From a virus: a DNA stretch of 18,834 nucleotides. Where the stretch lies: the IMG/VR virus record IMGVR_UViG_3300045988_036394. One strand, 5' to 3'. The position numbers were made by a program, and so were the translations under genes. The notes under the pieces were generated by a model. The model worked only from the letters and a program-made list of their open reading frames with translations. It was not told the DNA's origin and did not search any database. Within the stretch, counting starts at the first letter, position 1; every line of letters begins with the position of its first letter. Positions 1 to 5,922 of this stretch are shown in pieces.

Positions 1-42
1 CTGCGCATGTCTCGTGGGCTCGGAGATGTGTATAAGAGACAG
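1..42. other. Illumina Nextera (Tn5) library adapter, not biological sequence
   Basis: Bases 9-42 read GTCTCGTGGGCTCGGAGATGTGTATAAGAGACAG, the Nextera read-2 adapter ending in the 19-nt Tn5 mosaic end. Bases 1-8 (CTGCGCAT) sit where the i7 index lies in the PCR primer. Confidence 0.95.
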
Positions 43-210
43 GGTGTGGGGTTGTGTGAAGATTTTCCCTTGTGGTTTTTTTTATTTGTGTATTATTTTT
101 TTTTGTTCTGTGTCACCGTTGACGCTTTGTTTTATTCCAGTCTCTATTATATTTTTTTTATACTAACCTGTTAAGTTTTTTTTATTTTGGGCGTGTCGTT
201 CGTTTGTTTG

Positions 211-219
211 TGTTATATT
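211..219 (+). promoter_or_regulatory. Candidate extended -10 promoter box (TGTTATATT) for the ITR gene
   Basis: A TGnTATATT box lies about 33 nt upstream of ATG 252, with the SD AAGGGAAAGGAAA in between. I see no good -35. The same TGnTATAAT-like box type recurs in the other main intergenic regions. Confidence 0.35.
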
Positions 220-251
220 GTAGTTATCCGCTTCAAGGGAAAGGAAATAAA

Positions 252-452
252 ATGATTAACAACAGCATCGTCAAGGATTACGCCGGGGGCTGTATTCTGA
301 ACAGTGACCAGCAGCTCGATGATTTCGATATTGATGCGATTGTTGAGAATCTGCGTCATGTGGCTTTGGTCAATGATGTGGCTATTGATGGATATGATGA
401 TTGTGATTCGTTTCCGGCTGATGATTTTATGGAAGCGTTCGAGGAAGCGTGA
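252..452 (+). CDS. ITR-encoded 66-aa highly acidic protein (left copy), function unknown
   Basis: ATG 252 is preceded by the SD AAGGGAAAGGAAA. The TTG at 204 used in the track lacks an SD. Product is MINNSIVKDY...DDFMEAFEEA with 13 D and 4 E against 1 K and 1 R. A bidirectional terminator follows. Confidence 0.7.
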   Translation: MINNSIVKDYAGGCILNSDQQLDDFDIDAIVENLRHVALVNDVAIDGYDDCDSFPADDFMEAFEEA

Positions 453-463
453 GAGATAAAGTT

Positions 464-494
464 AAAAGCCCTAGGCTAACAGCCTAGGGCTTTT
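464..494. terminator. Bidirectional rho-independent terminator
   Basis: AAAAGCCCTAGGCT-AAC-AGCCTAGGGCTTTT forms an 11-bp stem flanked by an A-run and a T-run. It lies between the convergent ITR gene (+) and the endolysin gene (-). Confidence 0.8.
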
Positions 495-500
495 ACTTTA

Positions 501-1166
501 TCATACGAGGTATTGTGTCGTACCGTTCACGGGCTTTAGTGCGACATATCGGGTTTTGCCTGATCTGCCTACGTAGTGTGCCCAAATGTAGCCGTCTTCG
601 ATTGTGGTGCCGCTCATGAGGTTGACTGTCTGCCCTTTGCGGTATTGTGCCACGACTGCACTGTGGATACTGGGTGCCGAGCGTACGTTGAGCACTGACA
701 CGTTGACGCGATAGGTGCGTGCGGCGATTGTGACGGTGTTGGTGTTACCGTTGCTATTGTTGTTGTTTCGGGGGTGAAAGTAGCCTATGATGCCGTTTTT
801 GCTGATATTAAGGTATCCGGTTTTATTAGGATTTTGTGATATGGTGGTGAGCGTGCCGTTGCCGTTGTCTTTGATAACGATAGCGACGTGGTTCATTCCG
901 CTGCGTTTCCAAAACGCCACGTCGCCGTACACGGGCGTATAGTTGGCTGACTCTTTGGTGAAAGTATTTTGCAGTGCGCGGGAGCGGTCATAACGTGCAG
1001 TGTAGACGCTTGCCGCATATCCGTCTACCGTGTTAGTGTCGGCGGCTGGAATACCGTACACGTTACGCGCGTAGGAACTCCACAAGTCCCAGCACTGACC
1101 ACCATACGCGCCGTCCATGTCAATGGTTTTGCCGTTGACTGAGTTAATCCACTCTTGGATATTCAT
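501..1166 (-). CDS. Endolysin: N-terminal CHAP peptidase plus C-terminal SH3b cell-wall-binding domain
   Basis: CHAP signature DMDGAYGGQCWDLW ... GDVAFW ... NHVAIV ... SQNPN. An N-rich linker follows, then an SH3b-like YRVNVSVLNVRSAPS...GYIWAHY. SD AAAGGAG upstream. It is the last gene of the lysis cassette. Confidence 0.9.
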   Translation of the reverse strand: MNIQEWINSVNGKTIDMDGAYGGQCWDLWSSYARNVYGIPAADTNTVDGYAASVYTARYDRSRALQNTFTKESANYTPVYGDVAFWKRSGMNHVAIVIKDNGNGTLTTISQNPNKTGYLNISKNGIIGYFHPRNNNNSNGNTNTVTIAARTYRVNVSVLNVRSAPSIHSAVVAQYRKGQTVNLMSGTTIEDGYIWAHYVGRSGKTRYVALKPVNGTTQYLV

Positions 1167-1178
1167 TTTCTTGCTCCT

Positions 1179-1355
1179 TTATATGGTTTGAGTTAGGTAT
1201 AGTATTGCTGTGAGCCACGGTATTATGGTGATTAACATAAGCTGGACGGCTCCTTTACGATACCGTTGCTCAGTCTTGAGACGCGATAGGCAGTATGCCG
1301 TCCATCCTATGATGGCTAGGATGCTGAGCGTGTCAAATGCTAGTATTCTGCTCAT
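1179..1355 (-). CDS. 58-aa protein with two predicted TM helices (holin-associated, possibly an antiholin or second holin component)
   Basis: Not in the ORF track because it is under 60 aa. Its ATG overlaps the holin stop (ATGA). Product is MSRILAFDTLSILAIIGWTAYCLSRLKTEQRYRKGAVQLMLITIIPWLTAILYLTQTI, two hydrophobic stretches separated by a basic loop. Confidence 0.55.
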   Translation of the reverse strand: MSRILAFDTLSILAIIGWTAYCLSRLKTEQRYRKGAVQLMLITIIPWLTAILYLTQTI

Positions 1356-1714
1356 TTGATATGTCTTGGCTTGGTGTTGTTCTGTGTGAAAATCTGCATG
1401 AATGGCGCGTCCGCCAATTCCGGATTAATTACAGTAATGTTTTCCAAAATTGACGTGAGTTCAATCAAACAAATTCCGCCAACCGTACAAACGAATACAG
1501 ACACCGGCAGTTTCAAGTCAACATGCAGGTTAACCTCATCGATAAACCATGCTGTCAACGTGAGGATAATGTAGGTGAACTTGTGGCCTAATCCCTCACG
1601 CATTTTTTTCGAGCTTAAATTGTCCTGCATGATGGCCTTCGCCACGCCGGTTACGTAGTCGGTGGTAATGAAGAACGTCACCGCGATAGCACACCATACG
1701 TCCGCTGTGGTCAT
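1352..1714 (-). CDS. Holin (toxin-secretion/phage-lysis holin family, TcdE / phi29 gp14-like)
   Basis: Three or more hydrophobic segments and the family-typical block TDYVTGVAKAI....LSSKKMREGLGHKF. SD GAAAGGAA. It lies directly upstream of the endolysin. Confidence 0.8.
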   Translation of the reverse strand: MTTADVWCAIAVTFFITTDYVTGVAKAIMQDNLSSKKMREGLGHKFTYIILTLTAWFIDEVNLHVDLKLPVSVFVCTVGGICLIELTSILENITVINPELADAPFMQIFTQNNTKPRHIK

Positions 1715-1729
1715 TGTTGCTGTTCCTTT

Positions 1730-2797
1730 CTATTTGCCCAGTAGTTCGCCGATAATCAAGCCAAAGTCGGCTTTGACTTGCGAGTCGTCAAAACGTATTT
1801 TACCAAGTCGATAGCCGGTTGTCAGTCGCCTTATTATATCGTCCGATTTTTTGACATACCATGTTTTTTCGTCAACGTGGTTCGGATTGAGTGTATAGAC
1901 GGGGCGGTTGTTGTCTTTTGGAATGCGTCGTGAAACATATTGTGAAACATGTCCGTCGCGTTCGGACACAGAAACCCATATGCCGAACTGCGCGTAGTCG
2001 GTGGTGTCCAGAATGTAGGATAGTTCGCCGTCGCTGGGGATTGGCGCTATCAAAGTGTCCGACTCGTCACGGAATTTGTTACGAATCGCATAGTCGGCGT
2101 AGTCGCCATCGTACCGTTCGAGAAATCTGCCGAACTTTGACTTGGCGACTTTGGTTGAGAAACCGCCATAGTCGGCCAGTTCGAGACAGATAAAGCCACC
2201 GCAGTAAAGCTTGTATTGCTGTTGGTTGGTTTGCTGTGCTCCAATGTCTAGCCGGTATTTGGCGAAATACGGATTAGCCTTCTGTACGGCGTTAGATAGG
2301 AATAGTACTTTTGTTCGGTCTTGCCACCTGTCTACGGTGTTGTAAAACTCGGAAAACGAATTTACTTCGTTACTCAAAAAACGCAGATTATCGGGGAATA
2401 TCTCGTCGAAAATAATCAAGTGAACTTTAGGATAGGCGACTGACTTGAGTCCGCCCGCTTGCGAGAGGGCGACGAAATAGCAGCATGTCCGCCAGTCTTT
2501 CTCGTTCCATGACGCTTTATGAATCTGACCTTTTTCGCCGTTGACTCGAAACTCGTAGGATGGAAAGAACTCCTGAATGTCCTTGAAAAAGGTTTCCTTG
2601 CGGTGCTGTTCCACGTCCGTGCGACGCAGGTAGATGAACTCATGACAATGCTTGATATACTCTTTGATGCCATACCGTTTCGCGGCAAATGTTTTGCCTA
2701 GGCCGCGTGCGCCGATTATGAAGTTCCACTGCGCGTTCCGCGTCAACAGGTTATGCAGGTCGTAATAATCGTGCTCGTCGAGCGTTTGCAATGTCAT
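1730..2797 (-). CDS. DNA encapsidation ATPase (phi29 gp16-like)
   Basis: Walker A NFIIGARGLGKTF and Walker B HLIIFDEIF. Blocks FIYLRR, LSNAVQKANPYF and GKIRFDD align by eye with phi29 gp16 (NFVIGARGIGKSY, FIYVRR, LSNAVSVVNPYF, GYLRFDN). SD GGAGGG lies 8 nt upstream. Confidence 0.93.
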   Translation of the reverse strand: MTLQTLDEHDYYDLHNLLTRNAQWNFIIGARGLGKTFAAKRYGIKEYIKHCHEFIYLRRTDVEQHRKETFFKDIQEFFPSYEFRVNGEKGQIHKASWNEKDWRTCCYFVALSQAGGLKSVAYPKVHLIIFDEIFPDNLRFLSNEVNSFSEFYNTVDRWQDRTKVLFLSNAVQKANPYFAKYRLDIGAQQTNQQQYKLYCGGFICLELADYGGFSTKVAKSKFGRFLERYDGDYADYAIRNKFRDESDTLIAPIPSDGELSYILDTTDYAQFGIWVSVSERDGHVSQYVSRRIPKDNNRPVYTLNPNHVDEKTWYVKKSDDIIRRLTTGYRLGKIRFDDSQVKADFGLIIGELLGK

Positions 2798-2820
2798 GCT
2801 TGCAACCCTCCTAAACTAGT

Positions 2821-2852
2821 GGAGGGCGTGCGCCATGACTCGCACGCCTTCC
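2821..2852 (-). promoter_or_regulatory. 12-bp GC-rich hairpin in the leader of the packaging-ATPase gene
   Basis: GGAGGGCGTGCG-CCATGACT-CGCACGCCTTCC on the plus strand. On the minus-strand RNA its 3' arm ends in CCCUCC, 9 nt upstream of the ATPase SD GGAGGG (2806-2811). Confidence 0.4.
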
Positions 2853-2914
2853 ACCAATCTATCATTGGCAGCCGTTCAAGGGGAAAGGTCATCATACAAC
2901 CACTGCCACTATTA

Positions 2915-2923
2915 AGTATACCA
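2915..2923 (-). promoter_or_regulatory. Candidate extended -10 box (TGGTATACT)
   Basis: A TGnTATACT box lies just downstream of the tail-lysin stop codon, at the start of the 131-nt non-coding gap before the ATPase gene. No -35 is visible. Confidence 0.3.
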
Positions 2924-2928
2924 CACTT

Positions 2929-4152
2929 TTAGAATGCGGGTGGATTAGATTTTCCATCCCACACGCTCAAAAGCGAGTACGCTTGGTTGTATCGTGTTGT
3001 GTACGGGCCGAACGGAAACGTGCTTAGAATGTTGTTTTTAAGCTGTGCGAGGTTCGATGCTTTCGGCACCTTGAGAGCGTTGGCGGGCGACTGGTGATAT
3101 GCAGTTGTCCAAAGAATCTGCATCTTGACGTCATCGTACTGCTTCGGATAGCCCGCGTAGTCTTCCGCGAACTGCTTGCGTTGACCGTCACGCGACTCAT
3201 TGCGTCCCGCCCACGTGCGAAACGCTGTTGCTTCCGCCGAGGTGAGCGAACGCTTGAACGTACCGCCCGACTCCATGAGTGCCGCTATTTCAGGCGCGGC
3301 GGCCTTGAACGCATTGTATCCGGTTGAGTCAGCGGCTTTCATCGCGTTCAACACTTGCAAGCGTCGCTCGAAACTCCATTGCGCAATGCCAATGCCCTGC
3401 AAGTTCGCGGCTTCGACTGCATCCCAGCGCAAACCCGCCTCAACCGTGCCGACGACATAGAGGGCGTACGAATTTTCTGGCGATATCGAGGTGGATGGAT
3501 GCGCCTGTCCGTTGTTGCTGGACGGCTGTGATTGCGACGCCTTTTCTGAAAAATTATTGGCGGTGGTCCTGTGGAATATGCGGGTCCGCGTTCCAGCATT
3601 ATCGCTTTCATGCAAGTAGAGGTTATCGCCTTGCCAGTGTATCCACGCGCCACCGCGCGCGGAGTCGGGGGAACCGTGGCTATTGTCTCCTGTCGGGTTC
3701 TTCTCCGTCGAGGTTGTGCCACCCCCTTCGCCAAGCGCCTTCGGGTGAAGATAGCCTAAGAATGCAGTTAGGTCGAACGTCATGCGCTGCGCTGGATTAG
3801 GGTTTTGAGACAATACGGTGATGCGTCCGTTATGCACGCCGTCCTCCATGACAATGCTCACGTGCGAGCCGGTATGTTGGCTTGAGAAATTCCAGAACGC
3901 CACGTCACCTTTGACGGGACTGTAATTGGCGGGCTTCTTCTCGAAAATCTGCGCCATCTTCGCATTCGTGGGGAAACGCGTATAATTGCCTTCGGCGTAT
4001 CCGGTTGGCGTGATGCAATCGCTTACGGACGCACCGTATAGATCCATGCAATATTTGGCCCACAAGTCCCAACATTGAGCGCCATACGCCCCGTCCATGT
4101 CCCAGAACCGGCCTTGAGTCTGTTTAATCCAATCATCAAAAGTAATAGCCAT
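2929..4152 (-). CDS. Tail-associated peptidoglycan hydrolase: N-terminal CHAP plus C-terminal lysozyme-like domain (functional analogue of phi29 gp13)
   Basis: The N-terminus is paralogous to the endolysin CHAP (DMDGAYGAQCWDLW, GDVAFW, SHVSIV, SQNPN). G/S/T-rich linkers follow. The C-terminal domain has TVEAG...GIGIAQWSFERR, typical of the phage tail lysozyme family. The gene occupies the gp13 slot after the appendage genes. Confidence 0.8.
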   Translation of the reverse strand: MAITFDDWIKQTQGRFWDMDGAYGAQCWDLWAKYCMDLYGASVSDCITPTGYAEGNYTRFPTNAKMAQIFEKKPANYSPVKGDVAFWNFSSQHTGSHVSIVMEDGVHNGRITVLSQNPNPAQRMTFDLTAFLGYLHPKALGEGGGTTSTEKNPTGDNSHGSPDSARGGAWIHWQGDNLYLHESDNAGTRTRIFHRTTANNFSEKASQSQPSSNNGQAHPSTSISPENSYALYVVGTVEAGLRWDAVEAANLQGIGIAQWSFERRLQVLNAMKAADSTGYNAFKAAAPEIAALMESGGTFKRSLTSAEATAFRTWAGRNESRDGQRKQFAEDYAGYPKQYDDVKMQILWTTAYHQSPANALKVPKASNLAQLKNNILSTFPFGPYTTRYNQAYSLLSVWDGKSNPPAF

Positions 4153-4178
4153 GCCACTATTATAGTGGCATGGCTATT
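4144..4178 (-). promoter_or_regulatory. Perfect 35-nt palindrome (17-bp arms) enclosing the tail-lysin start codon
   Basis: AATAGCCATGCCACTAT-T-ATAGTGGCATGGCTATT on the plus strand, with every arm position checked pairwise. The ATG at 4152-4150 lies in the 3' arm of the minus-strand RNA hairpin. The palindrome begins 10 nt after the fibre gene stop. Confidence 0.6.
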
Positions 4179-4187
4179 GTGGGTGGA

Positions 4188-5729
4188 TTAATGGAAGCAG
4201 CTCATGGAGAAGTCAAAATCGAGATAGCCTGCTCCGCCCTCGCCCTGTAGCATGTCAATGACGCTGAACGATTGACCGTCGAACTTGATTTTCACGTACG
4301 ATTCGTTGGACTCCTTGACTCCAATGAGAGGTATCCACGTGCCAAACCTGCTAGTCGAGTTGACAGTAGCGAAAGCGCTGGTATTCCACTCCGTCTTATT
4401 GCCACGGAACTGGAAATGAACGTTCAGGCCATCAATAAAAATCCCCAGCGAACCGTCCGTAACACCGGGTAAGCTAACGTTCGTGTAACGTTCGATTCGT
4501 TTCGCTCTGCCGGTTTTGATGCCGAGGGCGACATATTGAGCATACGTTTCCGAGCCTTGCGTATTAGGGTGGATATCCGTCATACCGGAACCCCAAAACA
4601 GACCCCACGAAGGCGCATCATACACGACTTTCACAGCTGCATGACGTCCGCCTTCAGTCATAACCCCATACTTCTGGGCTTGGTCATAGCTGGGCCAAGA
4701 ATTATCCCACATCATAGGAATCTGCACGACTTCCGCATTGGGGAACAATGTTTTTGCGGTGGTGAGCGTGTCGTACACAATGGATTCCGTTACGGCTGAT
4801 ACCGAATCGTTACGGCCACCGCCGACAACCACATATTTCACGGCATTTTTCTTTGCGCCGAGGTCTGCTGATGCCTGTTGAATCTGCTGCTTAAACGTCT
4901 TATTCTTCGTGCCGCCAATCGTATAACCAGACCCGCCGACAGCATAATTACAGCATTTGAGTCCGAGCAGTCCGGCCGCCTTGACGATCATACTGTCCGT
5001 AGCCGGATTATCGGTGCGGAAGCCCTCGAAATACGAGTCGCCAATACCCACCAAGAGAGTCTGTTCGACGGGCTTGGGCGCATACTTGCCGTCCGACTCA
5101 AGCTTGGTGTAAGTATTGTCCCAGCGTGCTTTTTTGGCTGCCGCATTATCCACATTGCCAGCGCCTAATGCGGCGAGTATCGCGCTGTTTGAGTCGGCCT
5201 TGCTGATTGCGGAAGTGGCGTCCGTGCTTGCTTTATCCCACTTTGCTTTATTTGCCGTCGCGTGAGCGGTGGTGTCGGCGCCCAGCGCGGTGAGGATACT
5301 ACCGTTTGAGTCGGCCTTGCTGATTGCGGAAGTGGCGTCCGTGCTTGCTTTATCCCACTTTGCTTTATTTGCCGTCGCGTGAGCGGTGGTGTCGGCGCCC
5401 AGCGCGGTGAGGATACTACCGTTGGAGTTTGCTTTTTTGGTTGCGGTGGCGGCGTCAGCCATTGCTTCGATGGAGGCCGTACTCGCTTTGTCCCACTTGG
5501 TTTTCGCGGTGGTTGCATTGTCTACAGTGTTATCTCCAAGCAGCGCCTTGACCACTTCTTCATCGTGCGTTTCACGCGACTCTACGACTTCGATGCGATT
5601 GAGATGCGTCTCTAAAGTCGTATCGATAGTGCGCATGCTGCCATTGTAGCCGTCGCGCAAGTCTGCGGGGTCATTGTCGCCGTACAGATTCAGGCCGTAA
5701 TTATCGGTTTTGGTGTATACGGTAGCCAT
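4188..5729 (-). CDS. Appendage/tail-fibre protein with an SGNH (GDSL-type) esterase domain
   Basis: The N-terminal module YGLNLYGDNDPADLRDGYNGSMRTIDTTL is shared with the two upstream genes. About 3.5 copies of a 39-aa repeat (..KWDKAST..SILTALGAD..) follow. SGNH blocks are GIGDSY, a GxSG-like region, VVGGGRND and TDIHPN. The C-terminus looks beta-rich. Confidence 0.8.
   Translation of the reverse strand: MATVYTKTDNYGLNLYGDNDPADLRDGYNGSMRTIDTTLETHLNRIEVVESRETHDEEVVKALLGDNTVDNATTAKTKWDKASTASIEAMADAATATKKANSNGSILTALGADTTAHATANKAKWDKASTDATSAISKADSNGSILTALGADTTAHATANKAKWDKASTDATSAISKADSNSAILAALGAGNVDNAAAKKARWDNTYTKLESDGKYAPKPVEQTLLVGIGDSYFEGFRTDNPATDSMIVKAAGLLGLKCCNYAVGGSGYTIGGTKNKTFKQQIQQASADLGAKKNAVKYVVVGGGRNDSVSAVTESIVYDTLTTAKTLFPNAEVVQIPMMWDNSWPSYDQAQKYGVMTEGGRHAAVKVVYDAPSWGLFWGSGMTDIHPNTQGSETYAQYVALGIKTGRAKRIERYTNVSLPGVTDGSLGIFIDGLNVHFQFRGNKTEWNTSAFATVNSTSRFGTWIPLIGVKESNESYVKIKFDGQSFSVIDMLQGEGGAGYLDFDFSMSCFH
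5187..5423. repeat. Perfect tandem direct repeat, period 117 bp (39 codons), about 2.03 copies, inside the fibre gene
   Basis: Positions p and p+117 are identical for p = 5187-5306. More diverged copies flank it, so the protein-level repeat region is about 5091-5516. Confidence 0.9.
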
Positions 5730-5734
5730 TTATA

Positions 5735-5917
5735 TTAGTCCTTCTCTCGAATTTGAGTTTGCAATTGAGTGAGAATCTGGTCAATCATGCGCATGGAGCG
5801 GTTATAGCCGTCGCGCATGTCCATTGGTGTTGCGTCATTGTAGAGCGGTAGCCCCCAGTGTCGCGTCGCGTCGTATGCGGCGTGGTTTACAGGCGTGGTT
5901 TGTTGACTGTCTGCCAT
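5735..5917 (-). CDS. 60-aa protein made up almost entirely of the shared fibre N-terminal module
   Basis: HWGLPLYNDATPMDMRDGYNRSMRMIDQILTQL aligns with the N-termini of the 4188-5729 and 5923-6276 products. SD GGAGA. Spacing to its neighbours is 5 nt on each side. Confidence 0.6.
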   Translation of the reverse strand: MADSQQTTPVNHAAYDATRHWGLPLYNDATPMDMRDGYNRSMRMIDQILTQLQTQIREKD

Positions 5918-5922
5918 GACTA

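Larger units (their letters stand above)
43..453. repeat. Left inverted terminal repeat (ITR) of a linear protein-primed genome
   Basis: The reverse complement of 18382-18792 matches 43-453 everywhere I compared it. The ORFs at 204-452(+) and 18383-18631(-) translate identically. Identity ends 1 nt after the ORF stop codon (left ...GCGTGAG|A, right ...GCGTGAG|C). Confidence 0.8.

Noticed and set aside
1-42. Tn5 mosaic ends at both contig termini as the inverted repeats of a transposon
   Set aside because: The mosaic end is embedded in the full synthetic Nextera adapter plus an index-position octamer. This is library-preparation sequence, not a mobile element.
204-251. A TTG start at 204 giving an 82-aa ITR protein, as in the ORF track
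   Set aside because: No SD precedes the TTG, and the extension would cover the putative promoter box. ATG 252 has a good SD at proper spacing.
3094-3800. Several overlapping 60-160-aa ORFs on both strands inside the tail-lysin gene
   Set aside because: All lie within the well-supported 407-aa CHAP/lysozyme ORF. They are Arg/Pro/Ser-rich, typical of off-frame translation of GC-richer linker DNA, and lack SDs.
5187-5423. Direct repeats considered as a CRISPR-like array
   Set aside because: The repeats are contiguous with no spacers, have a 117-bp period, are in frame and lie inside a coding sequence. This is a protein-coding tandem duplication.
5165-5518. A 117-aa P/T/Q-rich minus-strand ORF with internal repeats
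   Set aside because: It is an alternative frame of the fibre gene repeat region. Its repetitiveness simply mirrors the 117-bp DNA repeat, and it has no independent start signals.
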